The notes under the pieces are model-generated. The model was given only the letters and a program-made list of their open reading frames with translations, made no database searches and was not told where the DNA came from. A stretch of DNA of 63,903 nucleotides, filler included, from Octopus bimaculoides (lineage: Eukaryota), in NCBI RefSeq assembly GCF_001194135.2. It is 5 parts of 5 records of this genome, joined end to end, with 100 filler letters (N's around TTAATTAATTAA, not from the genome) between each part and the next. Parts side by side here need not be neighbours in the genome. Positions count along the whole stretch, not along the records: positions 1 to 30,975 come from NC_068985.1; positions 31,076 to 47,103 come from NC_068983.1; 3 more parts are not named here. The stretch is one strand, 5' to 3'. Position 1 is the first letter of the stretch, and every line of letters starts with the position of its first letter. Of the stretch, positions 26,125 to 37,278 are shown one piece after another. The position numbers and the translations under genes were made by a program.

Positions 26125-28860
26125 AAGGTATTTATTTCTTTATTGCCCACAGGGGGCTAAACACAGAGGGGACAAACAAGGACAGACAAAGGAATTAAGT
26201 CGATTACATCGACCCCACAAGGCCAGCAATTTCGGGCGAAGGGATAAATCGATTACATCGACCCTAGAGATCAACTTATTTTATCGACCCCGAAAGGATG
26301 AAAAACAAAGCCGACCTCGGTGAAACTTGAACTCAGAACGTAAAGACGGTCGAAATGCTGCTAAGCAGTTTGCCAGGCATGCTAGCTATTCTGCCAGCTC
26401 GCCGCCTTATTTTACTATTATAATACTGATTTTCAATTTTGGCACAAGGCCAGCAATTTCGGGGGAAAAGCTTCTCAATTACAACGACCCCAGTGCTCAA
26501 CTGGTACTTATTTTATCGACCCCGAAAAGATGAAAAGTGAAGTCGACCTCGGCGGAATTTGAACTCAGAATGTAAAGGCGGACGAAATACCGTTAAACAT
26601 TTTGCTCGGCATACTAACGATTCTGCCAGCTCACCTCTTATTTGTTTATTATAATATTGGTTCCAAATTTCGGCATAAGGCCAGTACATTCGAGAAAGGG
26701 AATGAATTGATTACATCGACCCCAGTGCTCAATCGGTATTTACTTTATCGACCCCGAAAGGATAAAAGCCAAAGTCAACCTTGGTGGCATTCGAACTCAG
26801 AACGTAAAGCCAGAAAAAATGCCGCTAAACATTTTGCCCGGCATCTTAGCTACTATTCTGCCAGTTTGCCATTTTTGTCTACTATAATATGAATGAAACA
26901 ATATCCTTCCTCCAAACTATATTATATATCAAATGCATCGACTATTATAAGAACTCCATTTTTTAAAAATATCTTTCTTCCAAACCATCCAGAATTTGTT
27001 AACTTTCTGTTTATAATGAACATTAAAGGGAAGAAACAACCGATCCGTTTTAAATAATGTACAACAAACAAGAAGAAAAAACAAGCGAAAATAATCAAGC
27101 ATTCTTACGTTCAATCTGGTCTGGCTAAATTGGAATCAAAATGAAATTCTATTTGATTGATCTAATTTCCTATTCTTACAAAATGACATATAACATAGCA
27201 GCAACTTCTTATTTCTATCAGAAGCTTTAGAACGAGGACATATTGTTAAATAAAATATACGGATCTCGGTCAGAATTTCCGTCCATAAATTTTTAAGTTG
27301 CTTTATTGGCTGAACTACATATGGTTATTGAATTCCACAGACACATGCACTCTTAACTTAAACCTTGAGAGACAATCAGTGATACATAATGTGTGCCAAG
27401 GATCTTTGAAATGCTGATACATTCCATCCGACGGGCATCCACATAGCTTCCACTGAGCCATTTCATTTTCACTTACAAAGTTTGGGTAAATACGATTCTT
27501 TAATAAAATACGTTTGCCCAAGTTATCAACAGTGGGATCGAAACTGAGGCCACATGATTGCGAAACGAACATCATAAATATTCAGCTACACAGCATCCAA
27601 TTATGGTTAATGATTGATAACGTAGTCCCCCACCCCTAGGAGGCTAAGCATAGAGGGGACAAACAAGAACAGACAAAAGGATTAAGTCGACCCTGAAAGG
27701 TAAAGTCGACCTCGGCGGAATTTAAACTCAGAACGTAACGGATGACGAAATACGGCCAAGCATTTCGCCCGGCGTGCTAACGATTCTTATTTCTTTACTG
27801 CCCACAAGGGGCTACACACAGGGGACAAACAAAGGGATAAAATCGATTATATCGACCCCAGTACGTGACTGGTACTTATTTAATCGACCTCGAAAGGATG
27901 AAAGCAAAGTCGACCTCAGCGGAATTTGAACTCAGAACGTAACGGCAGACGAAATACCGCCAAGCATTTCGCCCGGCGTGCTAACGATTCTGGCAGCTCG
28001 TCGCCCTATCATCGACTATATATTTGAACTGAATGTTTGAATTTCTTTTTTAATTAGCCTCTCTAATCCAGGCACGAAGCCAAAAATTTTGCGAGGAAGG
28101 GATTGGTTGGTTACATCTAATTCAGTACTTGACTGGTTCTTATTTCATCGATCCCGAAAGGGTATAACGCAAGGTCGATCTCAGCGGAATCTAAACTGAA
28201 AATGTAATGCTGGAAGAAATTCCACTAAGCATTTTGTCCGGCGTGATCACGATTTCGCTAGCTCGCCGCCTAGCTTATTCTCTAATAATGAAAAAGAATA
28301 TCTAACACTATAGTAGGTACATGGCCACCATTAGTTAAGATGTGATTACCTACCTAGTTAAATTTCCGATGAAGATTCTGTTCTTGCTTAAAATCATGAC
28401 ACTTTAGTTAAAAGAATATGAAGCTCCCGTATTCTCGGTTTTCAGCATGAATAAAAGAAGAGGAGCTTTATATCTAAGGACTTTCAAATTTTGGCATTTT
28501 GCCAGTAATTACGGGGAAGCGGGTAGGTCGATTACATCGACCCTAGTGGTCAACTGATACATATTTTACCGACTCTGAAAGGATGAAAGGCAGAGTCGGT
28601 CCCGGCGGTTTTAGGACTCAGAACGTAAGGTCGGAAGAAATACCGCTAAGCAATTTTTCCAGCATGGTAACGATTTCGCCGGCTCGCCGCCTTAACCGAA
28701 TCTCTAAATATTTCTTTCAAGGGAGGGAGTGAATCGATTACGTCTTCCCTAGTGGTAAACTAGTGCTTATTTTAGAGTTCTCGAAAGGATGAAAGGCAAA
28801 GTCAACAACAGCGGCATTGGAACTCCGGCTAAGCATTGTTTCTGCCACCTCGCCGCCTTA
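26125..28860 (-). mobile_element. Cluster of about 9 same-orientation SINE family A copies or fragments
   Basis: CGACCCCGAAAGGATGAAAGGCAAAGTCGACCTCGGCGGAATTTGAACTCAGAACG variants recur near 26.3, 26.5, 26.75, 27.7, 27.9, 28.15, 28.6 and 28.8 kb, plus a tail fragment near 26.15 kb. Confidence 0.85.
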
Positions 28861-30543
28861 ACCTAATCAATAGATATTGCAACTAGACATATAGGAAGTC
28901 TTCATCCCTTTTTGTTTTCATTTCAAATCCCTCCTGGATGAATGAAACAAAGTAACAAAGCTATAATGGAGGTTGTGGCAGTCGACTATCTTACAATAGT
29001 CGTGCTTGTCACTCCCTTACTCAGCCCGTCTGTAACGCTTCCACGTGATTAGTTGAAGTGGGAGAGGAGGGAGGGGGAGATGGAAGGAGAGAAGGGAGTG
29101 ATAGGGGAGGTGAGGGGAGGGAGAGGTTGTGGTGTGTGAAATGTGTAATCTTTTAAAGTAATTTTTTTTTCTCCGTTACTTAGCCCGTCTGTAACGCTTC
29201 CACGTGATCAGTTAAAGTGAAAGGAGAAGAGCGAAAGAAAAAGGAGAGAGAAAAAGTGTGTAAGGCAAAGAGAGGGAGAGTACTGTGTGTTAAGTCTATA
29301 AAATTGAGCATAAAGTATACAGAGTGCATTAAGTAATCATCATATTTCAATTTTCTTCACTTTTCAATGATTAGCAGATGAGCGACTATCTTTTGATACA
29401 GACACAACACAGGGTACGCTTTCAGGTTTTTTGGAAAAGTTTTCAGAAATAACCCAATAAGTTTACCATTAAATACGTGAAATATTCATGGGCCCCGCTA
29501 GTAATATTTTAATGCAAAATTTATATCACGTTTACACAAGAAAATATATTTGCGTTGCAGAAATATTTTCAGAGAATTAACTTAGCGACTCAGTTTCGTA
29601 TTTAAGTTGTAGTCAGATCATCACTAATGTAATGGAATCAGTCATGAACATCACGGAATCTGACTTTTCATCTTTTATAAATCTGATGACTTCTGACTAA
29701 AAAAATCCATATATATGAAAGTTATGTTCCATTGTCTTTCTATTAAATTAGAAAATGGATTCATTGCTTGTAGTGTCACGTTGGTCAATGTTGACTATAA
29801 ATATACACGAACTCGCAGGATTGGGCAATGCCTATGCTTGTAGTCTCTCTGTTTTTTTCGCCACCATATCTATCCAAGGCAGAAGCCACTGACTTGGTCC
29901 AATAAAGCATGGCACTAGGTGTCGTTCAAGGAAGGTGGCTGGAAAAGAGATGGCAAGGCTTCTCAATGAATGCAGTATTTTTTTGGCTTTCGCAATCAGA
30001 GTTCGAACCCTATCGAAGTTTTATTTACCTTTTCATCTTTCAAGGCTCGATAAAATAAAGTATCAGTAAAGTACTGGGGTAGAAATTACCAGCCAAATCT
30101 CATATCATACCCCAATGTCTTAAATATATATATATATATATATATATATCTGTACACACACACACATGCAAAACGTCTGGATAAAGATGGTTGACACTGC
30201 TGGGTGAGCTGTTTGAAACATCGCAGCTAAGCATAAAAAAAAATATGGTAAGTAATGGTAAGTAATGGAAAATTTTATTAAAATATTTAAGAGGTAATCT
30301 ACACAACACAGCGCTCATAACTGCAAAAGTAAGTACTCTATTATATTTTATTGCAAATAGAAATAATTTGAAATGATGTCTATGTATAAATTTACATTTT
30401 TATATTCTGCTTATAACTTAAATTAGACGAATTAAAATGAGACAATTTTACATCCAATATTATTTTCTTAATGTAAATTCTAAGCGTATCCCCATTTTTA
30501 TTTTTAAGATTGTAACATATACCCTCTTACTACTTATTGCGAA

Positions 30544-30579
<36 letters not shown>

Positions 30580-30589
30580 NNNNNNNNNN

Positions 30590-30624
<35 letters not shown>

Positions 30625-30626
<2 letters not shown>

Positions 30627-30830
30627 ATAATAATCCTTGGATGAAGTTTATAAATATTTTAATGCATCGCTACGCGCGTTTCCACATAACACATATTTCT
30701 TAAGATCATAATCCGTACTCCTAGGATGATTACAACGCAGTCCGTAGTATCCATGGGCATCGGGTAAATGTGTGCATTACTTCGGGCAATATAAAATATT
30801 TATAAATTCCATCCAAGGATTATTATTATT
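30625..30830. repeat. Inverted-repeat-flanked module (~36-bp arms)
   Basis: AATAATAATCCTTGGATGAAGTTTATAAATATTTTA pairs with TAAAATATTTATAAATTCCATCCAAGGATTATTATT. Confidence 0.75.
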
Positions 30831-30975
30831 ATAGCCTACATTATATCGACACAGCTCGGTGCGACCCCAAAGAAATGGTGTCACCAGTTGGCATTATTAA
30901 GCTGTAGCTGGCATAAGAGAATAGGAGCTTTTATAGACATATTCAAAATGTTTCCCATAAATGAACTATATATAT

Positions 30976-31075
30976 NNNNNNNNNNNNNNNNNNNNNNNNN
31001 NNNNNNNNNNNNNNNNNNNTTAATTAATTAANNNNNNNNNNNNNNNNNNNNNNNNNNNNNNNNNNNNNNNNNNNN
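30976..31075. other. Artificial 100-bp scaffold spacer (44 N + TTAATTAATTAA + 44 N); also near 47104, 58357 and 62444
   Basis: The identical 12-mer, with stops in all six frames, is centred in four N-runs. Confidence 0.9.
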
Positions 31076-31280
31076 AAAGAATAAAATAATGATTTATTTC
31101 AAATTGGAAAATTAATATATTAAACAGCACAGATCATTTCCCTTCTTTGCAAATATGGTTGATGAATCTTATTCCAAAATCCTTGCCCCCAAAGTGTCTC
31201 AGGATGATATATAAAAGAGAACAACTTGGAAATGGGACCCAAGTCTAAACAGGTTACTCTTTTACATTTCATAATACAGC

Positions 31281-31319
<39 letters not shown>

Positions 31320-31741
31320 CAAAGCAGTTTCATTCAAACTCCTTGGTAGTCCGAGTTTCAGGCATGATACTAACCCTCAGCCATTGGACATTTGAGGATT
31401 GGCTGAGGATTAGCATCAGGCTTGAAACTCTGAGTATCAAGGAGTTTGAATCAAACTATTTTTACCTATACATGTAACTCCCAATAAATGTATTGAGTGC
31501 CCTACTTTTGTTTATCTACTCATTTGCATATATGTATGCGTGTGTGTGTATATGTATGTATGTGTGTGTATATATATATACATAATAATAATATTAATAT
31601 TGGGGATAAAATCCAAAATTACAGGTAAAAACTCAATTAAAATCAATTTATTAAAAATTAAAATTAAATTAAGTTTCACAGTATAAAATATATATAAATA
31701 TATAAGAGAGTGTTGTAGTTCGCTTGAAGCATTGTGTATTG

Positions 31742-31928
31742 TTTGTAAAGAATAAAAAGTTTAGAAAGGTATAACAATGCACTATAGAACAAAAAATGGA
31801 CTATATACCTGTTGTAACTTCGTTATCTATAGTCCGATATTTCGGAATTAGAATTCCTTCTTCAGATCTTATTTGCTGGACTCTATAGTGCATTGTTATA
31901 CCTTTCTAAACTTTTTATTCTTTATAAA
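31742..31928. repeat. 46-bp inverted arms (1 mismatch) enclosing a hammerhead-like core
   Basis: 31742-31787 is the reverse complement of 31883-31928. Confidence 0.9.
31831..31865 (-). ncRNA. Minimal hammerhead ribozyme core (canonical C3:G8)
   Basis: CUGAAGA-A-GGAAU-ucua-AUUCC-GAA-AUAU-C-GGACU. The stem-I partner AGUCC is displaced by 12 nt. Confidence 0.5.
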
Positions 31929-32159
31929 TATATAGTTTTAGGGAAAAGAACCAAGCTTCATGAATTCATTGATGAAAATCCACTGTCACATATAGAAAAA
32001 ATAAATATTTAAAAGCACAATAAATAAGTATAATATAATACAAAATAAATATCATAAGATCAAGATAATAATTACTATTTTTAATTATTAATTTTTTCTA
32101 TATGTGACAGTGGATTTTCATCAATGAGTTCATTCATGAACCTTGGTTCTTTTCCCTAA

Positions 32160-32168
<9 letters not shown>
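31929..32168. repeat. Second adjacent hairpin, ~73-bp inverted arms
   Basis: 31929-32001 is the reverse complement of 32092-32168, with a 4-nt indel. Confidence 0.9.
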
Positions 32169-32211
<43 letters not shown>

Positions 32212-32282
32212 ATGGTGAAGGTAGTTTTAAATAAATGCGTAGCTAGTCATGTTCTGTACATGTAGCATCACTACGAGAATCA

Positions 32283-32460
32283 TCACCATTTAATGTCCAT
32301 AATTCCATGCTAGCATTGGTTAGATAGTTTGACAGAATACAACAGGTCCAGGGACATCATGATCCAATGGTTGCTTTGGCATGGGTTTCTATGGCTGGAC
32401 GCCCTCCTAACACCAACCACTTTACAGTTTGTATTGGGTGCTTTTCTTAAGCCTCCAAGC
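32283..32460 (-). mobile_element. Degenerate RTE-tail-type SINE (family D)
   Basis: Reverse complement resembles the 46250-46420 tail (GTGGTTGGTGTTAGGA.GG.C.TCCAGC...CATGCTAGCATGGA). Confidence 0.55.
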
Positions 32461-32787
32461 ACTTTTCAAAAAACAAATCTGCTTATAACTGTTTTACCCA
32501 ACCCAGAACAGGTAATGCTATTCTCAAAAGCCAACAGTTCAACTTGACACAGAGCTCACAAGTGCATATTTTCAAGAATCCTTCAAAGTGCTATCTGGAA
32601 TTTTCCTTTTGCGTTATCTTCTCCAACATTAAAAAAATCTTGGATTTCAAAGGTCTACACACTTTGGAATTTTGCATAAAGAATTATCAACTATAATAAT
32701 AAAAAAAAATATACATGCTAGTTTTAAAGAAATTAAACGTATTATACTCTTAAGACCAATAATATTATCAACTTTTGATGACCAAAT

Positions 32788-32793
32788 TTTATT
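32788..32793 (-). promoter_or_regulatory. Candidate polyadenylation signal (AATAAA) of the DLH gene
   Basis: Plus-strand tttatt about 60 nt past the stop codon. Confidence 0.45.
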
Positions 32794-32852
32794 TCAGACT
32801 TTTGTATAAAATACTTGTGCATGTGTGATTGTATATAATGCACATTTCATGC

Positions 32853-33212
32853 TTATAAATTTTCATTCATAAATTTAATTAAACGGCCAAGGGCAAGGTC
32901 ACACGATTCCTTGTGAAATCCTGGCGATGTAGTATTGGTAAATGCATGCCCAGCATCATAAGCATGGAATTCATGTTTAACTTTAGCATTATCTAGTTTC
33001 TTGCGGAGAGCCTCCTGCTCAACTGGAGAAGAGAAACCAGCTACGTTGTCGGTTTTACCAAAATGGCACTGCAGAGGAATTGATATCTTTGTTACATCTG
33101 CAACAGCTTCACCAGGAATTCCATAAAAGGGTGCAGAAGCACTAATTTCTGGTACACGGACAGCAGAAGCAAAGGCCAGGGCTCCACCCATGCAAAAGCC
33201 AGTGACACCAAC
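32853..33212 (-). CDS. Dienelactone hydrolase family protein, coding exon 2 (aa 107-225, stop)
   Basis: Pyrimidine tract and CAG acceptor at 33213, in frame with exon 1. Contains the nucleophile elbow GFCMGG (C113), HFGKTD (D161) and AGHAF (H195). TAA at 32853-32855. Intron is 2658 bp. Confidence 0.93.
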   Translation of the reverse strand, partial: VGVTGFCMGGALAFASAVRVPEISASAPFYGIPGEAVADVTKISIPLQCHFGKTDNVAGFSSPVEQEALRKKLDNAKVKHEFHAYDAGHAFTNTTSPGFHKESCDLALGRLIKFMNENL

Positions 33213-34023
33213 CTGCCAATCAAAAAAAAATTTGAATAAATTAAAGATGAAATTTTCATTAGAATTCTGCAAAAAAAATAAAAATGGTTAAAATGGCTAG
33301 GTGAGGAGAGACAGTTATACAAGAACATGCAGTAAATCATAACAGCCAGTGTTATCCTCACTTTCATGTCCACACCTCTATGTTTGCATGGATCAGATGA
33401 AGTTTATTGAGGCAGATGTTCTTCAGACAGATGCCCTTCCTGTTGCCAACTCTCACCAGTTTTCAAGCAAAGTAATATTTCACCATGGTAAGACACATTC
33501 TTACAGAATATTGAAAATGAATGGACACTGCTTGTATGGCAGTGACACGCAGTTACAACAATCATGCAATGTTTGGACAAAGAGATACAAACACACACAC
33601 ACACGTATTACAGGTTTCTTTCAATTTCCATAAACCAAATTCATTCACAAGACTTGGTCAGCCAAGGGCTATAGTACAAGACACTTGTCCAAAATGCAAC
33701 ACAGTTGAAACTGATGCCAAAACCACATGGTTGGGAAACAAACTTCTTAACAACACAACCATGCCAATTTTTTGTTCTTGACTACTTAAACCTTTTGTTA
33801 CCATGTTTCTGTTGAAATACACTGCTAATTGTTTGAATTAATTTCGAAAATAACAAAGAATTTAGTAAAATACCTTTCACTATTTATGCTTTAGCACTCA
33901 GATTACTCTGTCAAATGCAATGCTTATTAATTTATATTGCTTTGAATTAATCATGAATTATCTCATAGCTTTGAGATTTTTATGATGGGGCTGTTTACTT
34001 TTAGAATGTCATTGTAGAGTATG

Positions 34024-34206
34024 CAGGACTGTGTAGTCGGAGTCATGGAGTCAGACACCGACTCCGACTCTGGCTCACAATGTATGCATATGCCTTATGA
34101 GGTATGTCGACTACAATCACTTAATTACATAAAGAGGAGCCAGAGTCAGAGATGTCAATAGTAGAGGTGTTGGAGTCGAAGTTTTTGTTTCGATTCCACA
34201 GCCCTG
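34024..34206. mobile_element. MITE with CAGG(A/G)CTGTG..AGTCG TIRs in the DLH intron
   Basis: Left end CAGGACTGTGTAGTCG, right end CGATTCCACAGCCCTG. Flanking direct repeat CATTGTAG(A/G)GTATG. Confidence 0.75.
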
Positions 34207-34775
34207 CATTGTAGGGTATGTGTGAGAAGCTGGATCTGGCAAATCCAAACATAAAACAAGTAGAATATTCAGACCAGATAAGACCAGTTTGAATACTAAA
34301 GGGTGAGTAAAGTCAGTATCATAGAACCAAGGGCTATTTAAGGCGAGCTGATTGCAAAAGAGTTAAATATGATTTTATGGTCCATCATCCAAGGGCAATA
34401 AAATATGTATCAGTCATATACCGGGGTCAATTCAGTCAGCTATAATATCTTGTTTAGCTCCAGATCAGCCATAACTGACCACACCCATGATTAAAATGGT
34501 CCAGTCATTTTTCATGCATTACAACGTGAAATTTTAGGCAAATTTGACTGATGCTTCTAGTAAGCTGGCCAACCACATAAAACCTACCTGTAATAATACT
34601 GTATGGTCTTGGACCAACAGAGAAGCCTTGATATTTAAAGAAGCAAGAATACAAACTGAGACATGGCTATCTGTTTAAGTTCACTTCAAAACCTTGCGAC
34701 CTCTAGTTCAATCCAACTGCACAGCACCTTGGACAAGTAGAACTTCATAAAAGGCTCTTCCATAAAATATATATA

Positions 34776-35095
34776 TACTAGCAGTATAGCCCGGCTTTGC
34801 CCGGGATTAAGTTGGAATTATTAAGCTAATCAAGTTCTTTATTTCAAACCAAACTTAGTAACATCGACATCAAATTTGGGCAGAATCAGTGTCGCGATGG
34901 GAGCGTATGGGTTGGGAGTTTGATCGGCAGAGGTAATCAGGTTACACATGCCAGCCCTTTGAAAGCACCACCCCCATCATCTAACCCCTCTTTGCCCATG
35001 GGTTGGGAACCCTTCCAGCAAGGAAAATAGAATGCCCAAAAGGGCTCACAATTCTCTGTGTCAGAAGTGGTTATGTTCAGATCACAACTAACTCT
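34776..35095 (+). mobile_element. Possible Helentron-associated (HINE/DINE-1-like) element 5' end
   Basis: TACTAGC followed by the short hairpin CCCGGCTTTGCCCGGG. The 3' end is lost in a gap. Confidence 0.4.
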
Positions 35096-35870
35096 NNNNN
35101 NNNNNNNNNNNNNNNNNNNNNNNNNNNNNNNNNNNNNNNNNNNNNNNNNNNNNNNNNNNNNNNNNNNNNNNNNNNNNNNNNNNNNNNNNTCGAATGTGTG
35201 TTGCCTGTATATCAACAGACTTTTTTCATCGATGAAAAAAAAAACAACAAAAGTCTTAAAAACTTACTCGTCGCTAGAAGGGAACTTAACTCCTGTTGTA
35301 AACAATGGTGGTTTTCTCTGACTTGAAAACTGTTAAAAGTTTTGGTTGAAAATTTATTTTTACTGCTATTTGCTGGTGCCTCTGGGGAAAATAATTTGAT
35401 GAAAATGCAGCTAGGGTCATGACAAATGTCCCCCTAAAATTGGAGCGACATGTGCTAATTTGTGGACGTGCATAAATTACATTCACGTACACACACACAC
35501 ACATCCTGCCTTTTATATATACAGATGTGCTTAATTTACAAATACTTTACAACCATGTGGGCCTCAGGTGGGTTGGTATCAAAAGAAATTCTAATGTTAG
35601 AAGCCAACAGTTTCCAGTATTCATTGATTTCTCACACTCATAAGAGAATCACCAAGTCTTTGTTCATTCCATTCACACACACACGTTTTAAAAGCAAGGA
35701 CCCATTAATCAATGTAGTCCTTGGTATAATAATTGATAGAATGCTCAAGGTAAATATCATATGCCTATTCATAATGGACTGACCTAGGGCTAAACAACAG
35801 AGATTTTGTAGGGTATGGACAATGATCATTCTCTTTGGATGAGACAGTAAAAACAATAGATCTTGCTCAC

Positions 35871-36188
35871 CTTCTTACATCCTAATTTAAGTAAGTACTT
35901 GGCAGATCCCTGAATATCTTCAACGGCACCATTCCAGTCAAGGTTGCTCATCAGATGACCAGCCTCTTCATTGTCAGTTGCCAGTTTGCCACGATACAGA
36001 TCAGGAACCAGGGTAACAAATGGCCCTCTCGTAGCTAAGTCAGCAGCTTCGTCTTGAATTTGTTGGTTCATTCCCCACCATTCTTGAAGAACAATAAGGC
36101 CCCGTTTTGTCTTCGCTAGATCTCCAGCCAGCACTCCAGGGCAATCACCTTGCTTGTTATCGGATGGAATCGTAACGTTTTTACTCAT
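35871..36188 (-). CDS. Dienelactone hydrolase / carboxymethylenebutenolidase family protein (Usf-like), coding exon 1 (aa 1-106)
   Basis: ATG at 36188. Translation contains LIVLQEWWG (E36) and VPDLYRG, both DLH-family motifs. Ends GCKK followed by the donor AAG|GTGAG at 35870, phase 0. Confidence 0.93.
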
Positions 36189-36192
36189 AGTG

Positions 36193-36230
36193 CTAATAAA
36201 AGTGGGAAAAGAAGAAAAAAATAAATAAAC
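36193..36230 (-). promoter_or_regulatory. Splice acceptor 4 nt upstream of the DLH ATG (implies a 5'UTR intron)
   Basis: Minus strand reads TTTATTTATTTTTTCTTCTTTTCCCACTTTTATTAG|CACTATG. Confidence 0.6.
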
Positions 36231-36414
36231 TTCACATTAAGTTTATGTTATCATATCACATGTCAATCTTGAGCTATATAAATGTGAATGAATGTGGTTA
36301 TGTATGTGCATTTAGCCCTGAGAGGCTCTGAAACAGTGCATCCTCAAGAAAAACAAATTTGATCTTTGAAATCTGTGTCCCGAAGAAAAGGTCATCTGTA
36401 AATAAAAGAAAACA

Positions 36415-36670
36415 TTTGAGCGAGGTCATTGCCAGTGCCGCTGGACTGGCTCCTGTGCAGGTGGCATGTAAAATATACCATTTTGAGTGTGGCCATTGCC
36501 AGTACCGCCTGTCTGGCCTTCATACCGGTGGCACGTAAAAGCACCTACTACACTCTCGGAGTGGTTGGCGTTAGGGAGGGCATCCAGCTGTAGAAACTCT
36601 GCCAAATCAGATTGGAGCCTGGTGTAGCCATTTGGTTCGCCAGTCCTCAGTCAAACTGTCCATCCCATGT
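36415..36670 (+). mobile_element. RTE-tail-type SINE family D
   Basis: Near-identical to 46120-46370. Confidence 0.8.
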
Positions 36671-36739
36671 ATATATGTATGTGTGTGTGTATATACAGCT
36701 TGACCTTTTTTTTTAATATTTTTTGTACATCAAGAGGTT

Positions 36740-37278
36740 GTCCCTGTCCCACTGAGAATCACCGAGATGCTTAAAATATCTGGAGGAGCAAGGTACAGCC
36801 TAATCATCCATATAGTTAATCAGGTTATTCAGGAAGGTGTCATCCCCAATGACTGGTATAGCAACATTACTGTCAGCAGCTACAAGGTAGGGAGATACCT
36901 TAGAAGTAATTAGAGAGGCATCAAGTTGCTGGACCAGGTCGTGGAAGTCACAGAAAGAGTTACAGCCCAGTTAATTAGGAGCAAAAACAGATTAAATTAA
37001 ATACAGTTTGGCTTTGTGCAGGGGTGGGGAAGCACTGTTGACGCTATCTTTATCGTCAGACAACTTCAGAAATATTTGGCCAGGAATAAACCAATGTACT
37101 TGGCTTTTGTTGTCTTAGAGAAAACCTTTGACAGAGTACTCCACTGTATGACGTGGTGGACTCTGAGGAAGCTAAGGGTAGATGAGTGGCTTGTGAAAGT
37201 CAGACAAGCCACGTACAGGGGTTCTGTCAGAAAGGGGAGAGTAAGTGATGAATTAAGTGTACAAGTACGTGTTCATTA
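36740..37278 (+). mobile_element. RTE-clade LINE RT fragment
   Basis: RGIKLLDQV, QFGFVQG..STVDAIFIVRQLQ, LAFVVLEKTFDRV, LRKLRVDEWLV. Confidence 0.85.

Noticed and set aside
31020-31031. TTAATTAATTAA islands inside N-runs (also 47148, 58401, 62488)
   Set aside because: An identical six-frame-stop linker centred in 100-bp gaps is an assembly spacer, not biology. Adjacency across these gaps is uncertain.
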